Below, piece after piece: positions 8,061-17,464 of a stretch of 64,000 nt of DNA. Source of the DNA: a virus (taxonomy: Duplodnaviria > Caudoviricetes); the IMG/VR virus record IMGVR_UViG_3300044652_000032, positions 1-64,000 of that record. One strand, 5' to 3'. The first letter of the stretch is position 1. Each line of letters starts with the position of its first letter. The notes under the pieces were generated by a model. It did not search any database, was not told the DNA's origin, and saw only the letters and a list, made by a program, of their open reading frames with translations. The translations under genes and the position numbers were made by a program.

Positions 8061-8104
8061 AAGGGGGTGGGTCGTCCGTCGGTGACGAGCACCCCTTTTT
8101 GTTT
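8061..8104 (+). terminator. Intrinsic terminator
   Basis: AAGGGGGTG.../CACCCCTTTTT stem followed by T tract. Confidence 0.65.
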
Positions 8105-8128
8105 GTGACGTGACAAGGAGATAACCTT

Positions 8129-8569
8129 ATGTACGATAGAAAGCAGTACCGTTCCGATTTCGAGCAGAGTTACGGCGACGCCCGCTGGACGTTCTGGCGC
8201 GTGCTGCCGTTCGTCCTCGGCGTCGTCATTCTGCTAGGCGCGTTGGGCTGGGTGTTCGGCATGTTCTCGACCGCAGGCGACCTCGCGCAGAAGCAGCTGG
8301 AAAACTCCGTCACCAACTACGAGGAGTTTCAATCAATCTTCAACACCTGCCAGAAGATCAACACCGACATGGGCGCGATAAAGCAGGTGCCCGACTCCGA
8401 CCCGATGTTCTCTCAGTTCAGCAAGAACGCGCAGCTACAGGCCAAGCGCCAGCAGCTAACACGTTGGGTCGAGGAGTACAACGCCAAGTCACGGATGGTC
8501 AACCGCGCCATGTGGAAGTCTTCGTCGTTGCCGTACCAGCTGAGCGTTAACGACTTCAGCAACTATTGA
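8129..8569 (+). CDS. Membrane-anchored protein
   Basis: One N-terminal TM helix; EEYNAKS motif. Confidence 0.7.
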   Translation: MYDRKQYRSDFEQSYGDARWTFWRVLPFVLGVVILLGALGWVFGMFSTAGDLAQKQLENSVTNYEEFQSIFNTCQKINTDMGAIKQVPDSDPMFSQFSKNAQLQAKRQQLTRWVEEYNAKSRMVNRAMWKSSSLPYQLSVNDFSNY

Positions 8570-8580
8570 GGGAGGTAGCT

Positions 8581-9162
8581 ATGCGGAAAAGAAAAATCCT
8601 GCTCGCGCTCTTGGCACTGGCCTGCTTCGCGCTCGGATTTGACGACCGTGGCTGCAACGGTGACTACGACCAAAAGACCGCGGGCAAGGAGCAGCAGCAC
8701 ACCGAGGTTAATCAGGACAGGCTGCTCAAGGCGCAGCCGCCGCCCGACATCACGTGGTCGTTGGAGCGCGACAACCTCATCAAGCGATTCAAACTCCAGA
8801 ACGACCGCAGCGTGGTCTTCTACATGTACGTCTTCGTGCCCGGCGTGGCCGACCCCATCGGCTACTATCAGGTCAACAAGGTTTCCAGCGTGGACTCACA
8901 ACTGACGAACACGCAGCAGTTGGTGTGGAACAGCCACGATTACTCCGTGCTGCCGTCGCCCGCCGAGGACGGCTCCTACGGCACGAACGGCGTGGGCGTC
9001 TTCGGCTTCACGCCCGAGGACATTTACATCGAGCACAACATGCTGTACATCGTCTCGACCGTGCCGCTGACGTTCAATAAGGCGGTTCAGCGCCTAGCGG
9101 TCGTCAACACAGAAGAGGCGCGGCAGATGTTGGAGAAGTCCAAGCAGGCAATGAGTCGGTAG
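8581..9162 (+). CDS. Secreted/lipoprotein-like phage protein
   Basis: Signal peptide MRKRKILLALLALAC; WSLERDNL, KVSS..SQLT, EDGSYG motifs. Confidence 0.7.
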   Translation: MRKRKILLALLALACFALGFDDRGCNGDYDQKTAGKEQQHTEVNQDRLLKAQPPPDITWSLERDNLIKRFKLQNDRSVVFYMYVFVPGVADPIGYYQVNKVSSVDSQLTNTQQLVWNSHDYSVLPSPAEDGSYGTNGVGVFGFTPEDIYIEHNMLYIVSTVPLTFNKAVQRLAVVNTEEARQMLEKSKQAMSR

Positions 9163-9175
9163 GCAAAAATAAGGT

Positions 9176-9204
9176 TTTACAAAATTCCGGCGGTGCGGTA
9201 TACT
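9176..9204 (+). promoter_or_regulatory. Sigma70-type promoter upstream of lysis genes
   Basis: TTTACA, 17 nt, TATACT. Confidence 0.7.
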
Positions 9205-9273
9205 TACGTCCGCCGGAATCGTCCTACCCGACCCACCTATAAGTCTTCAAGCGGGAACCAGAGAGGAGTGCGT

Positions 9274-9945
9274 GTGCTGGACTGGATCGACCAGATAGGG
9301 CAGTTCCGCGTTGAGCGGTGCGAAATCCCGCGTCCGGGCGGTGCGGCGTACTACCCGGTGGCGCACTCGCAGCTGGGCGTGCTGCACACCACGGAGGGCG
9401 ACACCATAGAAGGCGCGTTCGCCGTGCTGTCGCAGAACCGCGACGCCCCACACTTCATAGTCGGCGAGGGGCGCATCCTGCAGTGCCGTCCGCTTTCGGC
9501 GCAGGCCGCCGCGCTGCACGGCAACCCTCCGGTTTACGCCAACAAGTTCGCCGCCTGCCAGATAGAAATGGTCGGGCGCAGCTCGACGAGCCTGTGGACG
9601 CCCGTACCCGGCACGCGTGGCCCTGCAGTCGCCATACTGGCTTGGGCGGCACGGGCGGACACGCTCAACATCCCGCTGCGCGTTCCCGTTGACGCTTGGC
9701 AGGACGACGGCAGCGACTGCCCGCTGCCGTGGGCCGCCAACAACCGCCGACGGCAGGCCGGAGTCTTCCCCGACCAGAAGGGCTGGTACATGCACATGGA
9801 GATACCGGGCCAAGCGCCCACGTGGCACTGGGACTGCGGCGCGCTGAGCCGCCGACAGATGCTCGCGGACGCGCAGGCCGTGCTGGAGGGGCAGGCGGCG
9901 TGGCCGGACGTGACGGGAGGTGCCACGGGTGCTGAAAATTTATAA
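9274..9945 (+). CDS. Endolysin, N-acetylmuramoyl-L-alanine amidase (Amidase_2-like)
   Basis: VLHTTEG, PHFIV, QIEMVG, H...HWDCG zinc ligands. Confidence 0.8.
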   Translation: MLDWIDQIGQFRVERCEIPRPGGAAYYPVAHSQLGVLHTTEGDTIEGAFAVLSQNRDAPHFIVGEGRILQCRPLSAQAAALHGNPPVYANKFAACQIEMVGRSSTSLWTPVPGTRGPAVAILAWAARADTLNIPLRVPVDAWQDDGSDCPLPWAANNRRRQAGVFPDQKGWYMHMEIPGQAPTWHWDCGALSRRQMLADAQAVLEGQAAWPDVTGGATGAENL

Positions 9946-10279
9946 CTTGACGCGGAGCCAAGTCAAGGCGTGGGTGGCCGGTGCGCTGGGCATCGTCGCC
10001 ACGCTCGGTGCCGTTATCACGGCCCTGCTCCCCTACGCCAGCGAGAGCCTCAAGGTCAAGCTGCTGGCAGCGGCGGGCGTCGTGGCCGCGATAACGCTGG
10101 TGCTTACCACTATCAACCAGAGCATAGACGCCGGGCACGTCTCGCTGCCGAAGGACGTTGCCGTCGCGCTGACGGCCATCCTCGCCAGCTTCAAGATGCC
10201 CGTTCCCACGTCGCTGTACAAGCAGGTGGATAAGCCTCCGGGCGTCACGGTAGTGCCGGACGAGGATGTAGCGGCATGA
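9920..10279 (+). CDS. Putative holin
   Basis: 2-3 TM helices directly after endolysin. Confidence 0.6.
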   Translation: MPRVLKIYNLTRSQVKAWVAGALGIVATLGAVITALLPYASESLKVKLLAAAGVVAAITLVLTTINQSIDAGHVSLPKDVAVALTAILASFKMPVPTSLYKQVDKPPGVTVVPDEDVAA

Positions 10280-11013
10280 TACAAATCGCCGTTGTCAACG
10301 CCTGTACCTGTTTGACCGACGCTCAAATAGAGCAAGCGGTCGCGGCACTGCAGATCCAAGTCTCGCGCGACTTCGCCCCGGCGTGGGGCGTGGACGCACA
10401 GTTGACCTTCTTTCCCAAAGGACAGACGCCGCCGCTCGGCCAATCGCAGCTCATAGTGATGGACACGAGCGATGACGCGCAAGCCCTTGGGCACCACGAC
10501 CTTACGGCGGACGGTTTCCCAATCGGTAAGTCATTCGCTAAGTCCGATCTTGACGGCGGATACTCGTGGACGGTCACGTTAAGCCACGAACTTTTGGAAA
10601 TGATCGCCGACCCCTCAATTAACCTCATCGCCGAGATAGACAACGCGGACGGCACGTCGTTGTTCATAGCTTACGAGATTGCCGATCCCGTCGAGTCGGA
10701 CGCCGCCGGGTACGACATTGACGGCATACGGGTGAGCAACTTCGTACTGCCCTCGTACTTCGAGTCCTTCCACAAGCCCGGCACAAAGTACGACTTCTGC
10801 GGCCTTCTACGCGGCCCCGCACCCGCCATGCTCCCGGACGGTTACCTGAGCATACTGGATCCGCAAAAAGGATGGCAGCAGCGTAACGCCGAGCACGTCG
10901 CCGGACGCAGCGTGGCGGTGCAGCGTCCGCGCGTGGGCAGCCGACGGGAGCGCCGCCGCACACCTCGCTCGCAGTGGATACGTTCATCGCCCAAGCAGGA
11001 CGGTCAACCGTAG
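10276..11013 (+). CDS. Zincin-like metallopeptidase-family protein
   Basis: LGHH, SHELLEMIADP (HExxE variant), YEIADPVE, VSNFVLP. Confidence 0.6.
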   Translation: MIQIAVVNACTCLTDAQIEQAVAALQIQVSRDFAPAWGVDAQLTFFPKGQTPPLGQSQLIVMDTSDDAQALGHHDLTADGFPIGKSFAKSDLDGGYSWTVTLSHELLEMIADPSINLIAEIDNADGTSLFIAYEIADPVESDAAGYDIDGIRVSNFVLPSYFESFHKPGTKYDFCGLLRGPAPAMLPDGYLSILDPQKGWQQRNAEHVAGRSVAVQRPRVGSRRERRRTPRSQWIRSSPKQDGQP

Positions 11014-11024
11014 AAGGAGATTTT

Positions 11025-11522
11025 ATGCGACTTTTGAGACTACACACTCTTCTCGTTCTGGTGCTCGCGCTGGCGCTGGTCGGCGTGGGCGCGGGCTTCA
11101 AGGGGTGCAACCCCCCGCCCGGCAACACGAACGGCAACAGCAACTCCGCGAACAACACGACGCAAATCAACATCGTCATCGCCAGCATGGCCGCCGCCGA
11201 GGGGCTGGTGCCCACGTGGAACCTGCCCGCGCAGCAGCAGCAGTGCGCCGAGGCCGGACTCCGCGCCGCGCACGACGGTTTTGTGTCCTTCCGCAACGGC
11301 GCGGTGGGCTGGGACGCCGTCGTGGCTGCGTTCGAGAACTTCCGCGCCGGGGACTGCGTAAAGGACGCACGGCTGGCGGCCATACTTAACGCTGCGGAGC
11401 AGATCGTGCAAGACCTGCGAGCGCCTCGCGGTGCGCGGGCCGTGGCGGTCACGCCGCAGGTGTTCGAGCGGCGCGTGCGGCCCGAGCACGTCGCGGAGTT
11501 GCAACGGCTGACGCAGCACTAA
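11025..11522 (+). CDS. Secreted/lipoprotein, possibly spanin-related
   Basis: Signal peptide followed by Cys (FKGCNPPP), in lysis region. Confidence 0.5.
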   Translation: MRLLRLHTLLVLVLALALVGVGAGFKGCNPPPGNTNGNSNSANNTTQINIVIASMAAAEGLVPTWNLPAQQQQCAEAGLRAAHDGFVSFRNGAVGWDAVVAAFENFRAGDCVKDARLAAILNAAEQIVQDLRAPRGARAVAVTPQVFERRVRPEHVAELQRLTQH

Positions 11523-11556
11523 CCCCCCTCTCCCGCAGTTTTAAGGAGGCAGACGG

Positions 11557-11907
11557 ATGAGCTACTTTCAGCAGGGACGGTTGACCGTGTCGGGATTCCC
11601 GTCCGCAGGGCAGAGCATTACGGTGGGCGTCCGGTTCGACTTCGTCCCGTCGAGCCAGCAGACCACCACCAGCACGCAGATACCCGTTGACACCGGGCAA
11701 GGGCTGACCGCGTTCCGCCAGCTGATGGCCGACGTCATCAACGGGGCGGACGGCGTGGGCGCTACCGCCGCGGTGAGTGGCAGCGACCTCGTCGTCACCC
11801 CGCAGTCCGGGCAGGGAGCGGGCAGCGTCGTGGTAACGAGCGCGGCCTCGAACATCACGGCTGCGGGCATCACGCCCGACCCCGACGGTGCCATCGAGAG
11901 CGAGTAA
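11557..11907 (+). CDS. Hypothetical protein
   Basis: AAGGAGG SD. Confidence 0.65.
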   Translation: MSYFQQGRLTVSGFPSAGQSITVGVRFDFVPSSQQTTTSTQIPVDTGQGLTAFRQLMADVINGADGVGATAAVSGSDLVVTPQSGQGAGSVVVTSAASNITAAGITPDPDGAIESE

Positions 11908-11916
11908 GGAGGCGGT

Positions 11917-12591
11917 ATGGTTGCCGAGGCGCTGACCTTCGAGCGAGACGTTGACCCCGCAATAGCCCCGGCGCGCACGCGTCCCTTGGCCGCCGCACGC
12001 GACGAGTGCCTGCCCTACGACCCGGTGCTGGACGCGGGCGCGGTGGGCTTTAAGGTGGCCGAGTGCGTTGACCTGCGCGACTTCCACACCTTCGTCCGCT
12101 GGCTGTACGTCTTCTTCGTCCGACGGCTGCCTCGTCTTTACCGCCGTACCGCGCGGCACGTGCGCCGTGCGCCCGAAGAGCTGCCGTCGGAGTGGAGGGT
12201 GCCGCCCGCGCCCAAGGGCGATTGCGCGTTCTTTACCGAGGACAGGTGGCGCGAGGCCGTGTGCCGCTGCACCACCGCGCGCCACCAGATCGCCGTGATG
12301 CCCGTGAACCGCGAGGGCTGGCCGGACGGCCCCGCCGTGTTCACGGAGCGCGTTTGCCGCCCGCGCGACCCCGCGCCCGAGCAGCAGCGGATGTACAGAC
12401 TGATGGCCGAGCGGTACGACGTCCGCACGGTCGCTGCGCCCGTGCCCCCCGAACCTCTCAACCGCATACAGGCCGACGTACTCTCCCTCGGCAAACGCGT
12501 CGCCAGCACGGAACGAAGGCTGCGCGCGCTGGAGGAGGAACGCCGCTGTGCTCGATCTGCTGCAGGAGGCCTCACGGACGGCGGAGGGTAG
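11917..12591 (+). CDS. Hypothetical protein
   Basis: AAGGAGG SD. Confidence 0.55.
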   Translation: MVAEALTFERDVDPAIAPARTRPLAAARDECLPYDPVLDAGAVGFKVAECVDLRDFHTFVRWLYVFFVRRLPRLYRRTARHVRRAPEELPSEWRVPPAPKGDCAFFTEDRWREAVCRCTTARHQIAVMPVNREGWPDGPAVFTERVCRPRDPAPEQQRMYRLMAERYDVRTVAAPVPPEPLNRIQADVLSLGKRVASTERRLRALEEERRCARSAAGGLTDGGG

Positions 12592-13000
12592 CGCCGCATG
12601 GGACTGGCGAACCATACTGGTGGCGGGCGCGCTGCTGGCGCTCTCGCGCGCGGACACCGTATACCGCCTGCTCCGGGGCGGGCGGGCCGCCGAGCGCAAG
12701 GACGCCGACGATGCCGCCGAGCGACGCATACGCCCCTACCGCGAGGAGGCCGACGCCCTGCGCGGCACGCTGCAGACGCTGCAGGCGCAGCTCTCGCTGC
12801 TGCAGGCGGAGAAGCTCAGGGTGGAGGGCGAGCGCGACCAGTGCGAGACGGAGAACCGGCGGCTGCGCCAGACGGAGCGCGAGAGCGCCGGGCTGCAGTC
12901 GATAGTCAACCAGCTGCGCGGCGAGCTGGACGCCATGGAAGCGCGCCTAACGGACTTGGAGCGCCGTCCCCGGCACGGCGGCGGAGGGCACACGGGGTGA
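12548..13000 (+). CDS. Membrane-anchored coiled-coil protein
   Basis: N-terminal TM helix, long heptad region. Confidence 0.6.
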   Translation: MLDLLQEASRTAEGSAAWDWRTILVAGALLALSRADTVYRLLRGGRAAERKDADDAAERRIRPYREEADALRGTLQTLQAQLSLLQAEKLRVEGERDQCETENRRLRQTERESAGLQSIVNQLRGELDAMEARLTDLERRPRHGGGGHTG

Positions 13001-13431
13001 GGGTGCTGGTGGTGGACGACCAGGAGGACGCCCGCCGGTTGATGCGCACGGCGTTGACCGCCGAGGACGTCGTGGTCGCCGAGGCCGAGGACGGACGCGC
13101 CGCGCTGGCGGCGTACTGGGCCGCCTTGGCGGCGGACGCGCCTTTCGACGTCGTCGTCGTAGACTTGGCAATGCCCCGGATGGACGGCACGGCCCTTGTG
13201 CGGCGCATACGCGACAACGAGCGCCGGGAGCGTGAGCGGGCGCGCACGGCCCTCGTAGCCGGAGCGCCGCTCGTGCCGACGGTGCCGCGTGCCAGAATTG
13301 TGGGCGTAACGGCCTACCCCGCGTTGCAGCTCCGCCGACGCGAGCTGGAGGAGATGGCCGATTGCGTGCTGGAAAAGCCCTTCTCGCCCGACGAGCTGCG
13401 CCGGGCCGTGCGCGGCGAGGCCGATGGATGA
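12997..13431 (+). CDS. Stand-alone response-regulator receiver domain (CheY-like)
   Basis: VLVVDD, DVVVVDLAMPRMDG, GVTAY, EKPF. Confidence 0.9.
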   Translation: MRVLVVDDQEDARRLMRTALTAEDVVVAEAEDGRAALAAYWAALAADAPFDVVVVDLAMPRMDGTALVRRIRDNERRERERARTALVAGAPLVPTVPRARIVGVTAYPALQLRRRELEEMADCVLEKPFSPDELRRAVRGEADG

Positions 13432-14255
13432 GCACGTCTTTGCTTATGGAAGAATCCTCTGTTGACCAGACCGCCGTGGCCGAGAGCACCGTCGCGGCCA
13501 TGACCGGCGCGCTGGAACGGCTGGCGCGGACGGAGCAGGCCGTCATACTGGGCCTCTCCACGCTGACGGACGAGCAGCTGGCCGGGGTGCGGCGTAACGC
13601 ACGCGCACTGGGGCAGACGGCGTGGCGCGTGGAGGCTGCGGTGGACGCCGAGGTGGTGCGGCGGGCCGTGCGGCAGCGAGGCGGGCGCGGGCGACCCGAC
13701 GTGGCGGGCACGGGCGCGCAGCGCCGGATAGCGGAGCGGGCGCGGGAGGCCGGAGTTACGCCAGCCACCGTCCGCACCAACGCGCGGGTGCACGCCCTCT
13801 GGGAGCGCAACGCCACTCGCGTGATTGCGAGACCTTACGTTCTTGGTGATGACCCCGACCGCAAAACTACAAAAAGTGATTTTCACACTTTAGGTGACGT
13901 CTTGCAGGACAAGGCGTACTGGCAGGCGGCGCTGCGCGCCCCGGATCCCGACCGCGCCTTGTTGGAGATGGCGGGGCATAAACTAAGCGACCCCCGATTC
14001 CGCCCCGCCGACGCCGCGCGGATGCTGGACGAGGAGGAGCGCGCACCCATCACCGTTGACGCCGACAGGCTGGCGCGCGTGGCCGACGAGCGTATTAAGG
14101 CAGCCGTGCAACACATCGAGCGCACTATCAACCTGTTGCGCACGCAGGTTATACCGGACTGCCCCGACGCCCGGCTGGCCGACCGCCTGTACTTCGACTT
14201 CCTCGAGGAGTTGAACGAGTCGTTAAATGATTTGATGGCGGGAGGGGCGGAATGA
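13428..14255 (+). CDS. Hypothetical protein, possible HTH
   Basis: ATGA overlap; IAERAREAGVTPATV. Confidence 0.55.
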   Translation: MSTSLLMEESSVDQTAVAESTVAAMTGALERLARTEQAVILGLSTLTDEQLAGVRRNARALGQTAWRVEAAVDAEVVRRAVRQRGGRGRPDVAGTGAQRRIAERAREAGVTPATVRTNARVHALWERNATRVIARPYVLGDDPDRKTTKSDFHTLGDVLQDKAYWQAALRAPDPDRALLEMAGHKLSDPRFRPADAARMLDEEERAPITVDADRLARVADERIKAAVQHIERTINLLRTQVIPDCPDARLADRLYFDFLEELNESLNDLMAGGAE

Positions 14256-14316
14256 TAGGACGACGCAAGTTGCTACGGATGCTGGCGCTCATGCCGCAGC
14301 GGGAAGGGTAACGGCG

Positions 14317-14523
14317 ATGCTGGTACGGTACGATTGTCCGGAATGTGGCGCTGCGATGATGATGCTGGAGACGGAGAAGCCCGCGCCACGCCGCCAGATT
14401 GACTGCCGCAACTGCGAGGCCGGGCGGACGGTGGACGGCGTGGTCGTGGACGAGAGCAGCACGTCCACCTACCCCACGCTCCCGTGTGTAATATACGGCC
14501 CGAACAGCGATCGCATCCACTGA
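14317..14523 (+). CDS. Small zinc-ribbon protein
   Basis: CPEC...CRNC. Confidence 0.5.
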   Translation: MLVRYDCPECGAAMMMLETEKPAPRRQIDCRNCEAGRTVDGVVVDESSTSTYPTLPCVIYGPNSDRIH

Positions 14524-14547
14524 ACACGGACAAGCGGGTTAACCCTA

Positions 14548-15411
14548 ATGCCTAGACTGACTTACAAGCGACTGCCGGACGAGACGGCGCGCGCATACGA
14601 GGCGTTCGTCATCTACTGCGAGCTGGGGCCGCAGCGGACGACCGAAGAGGTATCCAAGCGTTTACAAAAAAGTTCTCCTTATATTCGGCAGTGGTCAAAA
14701 AAGTACCAGTGGGTGGAGCGCGCACCCCTCTACGACGACGCCATGACCGAGGCCAAGCAGCGCGCGCGTCTCAAGGTGGTGGAGCAGGAGACGGCACGAT
14801 GGGAGCGGCGGAGACTGAAGAGCCGCAAGCGCGAGTACCGACTGGCGCTCGACTTGGAGAGCCTCGCGCGTAACATGCTAAAGCGCTACACGATAGAGGA
14901 AAAGGAGGAGGAGCGTATCTATCTGGACTGCCCCGTCCACGGCGACGAGTGCCCCGGCCCCGAGGCTGCGGACAACCGCTGCGACCAGTACAAGACCGTC
15001 AGCATCACGGTCACGCACCTGCCCGTAAAGTACACCGTCCGCGACGTTACCGCCGTAATAGACTGCCTAACAAAGCTGCGTAGGACGGCTCTGGACATGC
15101 CCACGAGCAATATAAACGTGACGGGCAGCGTGGCCCTGACCGTGGAGCAGCAGAAGGAGCAAGACCTCAAGAACGCCCGCGCCGCCTTCGAGCAACTGAT
15201 GGCCGACATGGACTCAGCGATAGACCGTATGCTGCAGCGTAGCCCGGAGTTGCAACGCGAGCAACTGCAAAAGGAATTGCCGGGAGTGTGGGCGGCGTGG
15301 TGCGCAGAAGATTTCAATGTGGAGCCTAAGCAGCTGGTGGCGGGTGTGGACGTGCCCGAAGGCGTGGGCGAGGTTATAGAGGTGGTAGCTGAGAGCGTAG
15401 CGGCTGATTGA
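14548..15411 (+). CDS. Probable terminase small subunit
   Basis: ET..AYEAF..Y..LGPQR...V...L.KS...I.QWS.KY.WVERA..YD HTH pattern typical of TerS. Confidence 0.65.
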   Translation: MPRLTYKRLPDETARAYEAFVIYCELGPQRTTEEVSKRLQKSSPYIRQWSKKYQWVERAPLYDDAMTEAKQRARLKVVEQETARWERRRLKSRKREYRLALDLESLARNMLKRYTIEEKEEERIYLDCPVHGDECPGPEAADNRCDQYKTVSITVTHLPVKYTVRDVTAVIDCLTKLRRTALDMPTSNINVTGSVALTVEQQKEQDLKNARAAFEQLMADMDSAIDRMLQRSPELQREQLQKELPGVWAAWCAEDFNVEPKQLVAGVDVPEGVGEVIEVVAESVAAD

Positions 15412-15477
15412 CCGTTATAGTATTTTCTTTGCGCTAAGTATTTACTTTTCCGGGACGACCCGTTATAGTATTTACTT
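15412..15477 (+). promoter_or_regulatory. Promoter with direct-repeat operators
   Basis: CCGTTATAGTATTT at 15412 and 15460; TTTACT, 17 nt, TATAGT. Confidence 0.6.
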
Positions 15478-15915
15478 ATGACGACGCGATTGAAACCCGT
15501 GGTGGCTTACTTGAACGAAGAGGAGATGGCCGTGTTGGAACAAATCCGAACGACATTGCCCGCAGGAGCGCAGACCTTGAGCAACGCGGCGCGCGTTCGG
15601 ATGCAATGGCCAGCGCTGCCGCCCCGTGGTCGTCGGGCTAAGGAGAAGACTGATGGACACACCGACGCGAGTCCGAGCACTGGAGCACAGATTGTATCGA
15701 CGCGCAAACTCTCGCCCGAACCGAAGGCTACGCCGCGCCGACCACCAGCTGATAAATCGGGTGCTGCGGGTGTATCGATCGTGGATATACAGGATGTTGT
15801 TTCCCCGCCACCTGCCGTAGAGTGTTATCCGTGCGGCGGAACGGGCATCACGGTTCGTAGCCACTCCGGCGAGAAGGCGAAGTGCTGGAAGTGTGGAGGC
15901 AAGGGAACGCTATGA
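15478..15915 (+). CDS. Possible ribbon-helix-helix regulator with C-terminal zinc finger
   Basis: KPVVAYLNEEEMAVLE; CYPCGGTG...CWKCGGKG. Confidence 0.5.
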   Translation: MTTRLKPVVAYLNEEEMAVLEQIRTTLPAGAQTLSNAARVRMQWPALPPRGRRAKEKTDGHTDASPSTGAQIVSTRKLSPEPKATPRRPPADKSGAAGVSIVDIQDVVSPPPAVECYPCGGTGITVRSHSGEKAKCWKCGGKGTL

Positions 15916-16391
15916 GCCAAGAGGATCCCAAGATTTGCACGACGAGCGGGCGTCCCGTTGACGAGCACACGCGGGACATCGATGCGGCCACCGGCATGCA
16001 GCGTGACTACGTCGTGCTCTGCCCCGACGAGCGCGCCAAAGGCTATGTGCGCCCGCTGCGCAAGACGTACCGTCACGTGGGCCGTCCGCTGAAGGGTACG
16101 CTGCGCGACCTTACCCCGCAGGAGATAGAGCACTACGCCGAGCAGGGCTACGTCAAGTTCGAGGAGTACCCGGCGGACGCCGCGGGTTCGCCCATCACGG
16201 GGTGCTTCTGGAGGCAGGCCGACTTGGACGGGCGCGGGTGCAACGGCGTTACCACCATGGCCGACTCGATAGCGGAGACGTACGCAGTCAACCCGAAGTT
16301 CTACGGCGGTACGTTCTGCTGCAAGTGCCGCGCACACTTTCCGCTGGAGGAGTTCGTTTGGGAAGGAACGACCGAGGTGGTAGGAAGCTAG
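15912..16391 (+). CDS. Hypothetical Cys-rich phage protein
   Basis: YVVL.PDERAKGYVRP.R..Y.H, AETYA.NPKFYGGTFC..C..HFP. Confidence 0.7.
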   Translation: MSQEDPKICTTSGRPVDEHTRDIDAATGMQRDYVVLCPDERAKGYVRPLRKTYRHVGRPLKGTLRDLTPQEIEHYAEQGYVKFEEYPADAAGSPITGCFWRQADLDGRGCNGVTTMADSIAETYAVNPKFYGGTFCCKCRAHFPLEEFVWEGTTEVVGS

Positions 16392-16392
16392 C

Positions 16393-16608
16393 ATGATGAA
16401 CGTCCGACTCGTCTATAAGTGCGGGATGTGCGACGAGCGCATCTACGAGGACAACGGCGGCGAGGGCTACACGCCAACCGAGGCTTACGCATTGTTGGTG
16501 GTTCACGCACAGGCGCGGAGGAACACGCTCGACCCTATACACAAGTGCCACGACCGTCAGCAGGGCATCGCGCCGCTCATAGGCTTCGAGGAGATGCCCG
16601 CGTCGTGA
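16393..16608 (+). CDS. Hypothetical zinc-binding protein
   Basis: YKCGMC...HKC..GIA.LIG. Confidence 0.55.
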   Translation: MMNVRLVYKCGMCDERIYEDNGGEGYTPTEAYALLVVHAQARRNTLDPIHKCHDRQQGIAPLIGFEEMPAS

Positions 16609-16705
16609 AGCAGCACAGCCCCACGCACGACCCGCTCTTCTGGTTCGTCCTCGCGATGGGCGTACTGCTGCTGGCGTGGATGGCCATAGCGATTATAGGA
16701 GCATT

Positions 16706-16960
16706 ATGAGGCGCGATTCGGTTCCCGACATACCGTTGGCCATTGACGTGCACGACCCGCGCGTCATCGCCCTTTTTAACGATCGTGTGCGGCAGACCAT
16801 TTTGACCATCGAGCAGTTGAACGAGGCCATGCTACGCTTCGGTGTTGCGGCGCGCGATGCTCGGAGGATTGTTTACAAGTACCAGCGCACACGGGTCAAG
16901 CGTCGCGCCCGTGCCCGCATGCGCTCGCGCGGCTACGTGGCACACGGGAGGCACAGGTGA
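16706..16960 (+). CDS. Hypothetical protein
   Basis: AGGAG SD, ATGA overlap. Confidence 0.45.
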   Translation: MRRDSVPDIPLAIDVHDPRVIALFNDRVRQTILTIEQLNEAMLRFGVAARDARRIVYKYQRTRVKRRARARMRSRGYVAHGRHR

Positions 16961-17205
16961 AGTGGCGATGCCGACTCCTGAAGCACGACCTGCCGCCGAC
17001 ACCGCCCATCAGCGGGTGGGCACCCTTCGTACCGTGGCGCACGTGCCTGCGGTGCGGGGAGAGCCGACCCTTTTGCTTCGACGATACTCACGGCGCGATA
17101 GCGCGACCCGTCTTAAGACTGTGGCACTGGCTGCGCCGCCGCGCTTGGCACGTGCGCTGTGATTTCAACCGATGGCGGACGCGTAACGAGCCGCCGCCCT
17201 TTTAA
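16957..17205 (+). CDS. Hypothetical protein
   Basis: GTGA overlap, C..H..C..C. Confidence 0.45.
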   Translation: MKWRCRLLKHDLPPTPPISGWAPFVPWRTCLRCGESRPFCFDDTHGAIARPVLRLWHWLRRRAWHVRCDFNRWRTRNEPPPF

Positions 17206-17209
17206 CACG

Positions 17210-17464
17210 ATGATTACGCTCAAGGTCAAGATTCCCGTGTGGCACGTCGTCAACGAGGAGGGCAAGCCCTACCTCACATCGGACGGCATAATAATCCGTG
17301 CGCTGAGTCGCGCGGAGGCCACGGCCTTTGTGGACGTACTGAAGACGCTATCACCCGGACTCTACGAACTCGAGCCGCTGAAGGCAGACGAGGTCGAAAT
17401 AAGCGTGGACGTGGAGTTAACGCCGGAGAACGTCGCCGAACTGCGGAGGGCGCTAGGACTATGA
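17210..17464 (+). CDS. Hypothetical protein
   Basis: Operon position. Confidence 0.5.
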   Translation: MITLKVKIPVWHVVNEEGKPYLTSDGIIIRALSRAEATAFVDVLKTLSPGLYELEPLKADEVEISVDVELTPENVAELRRALGL

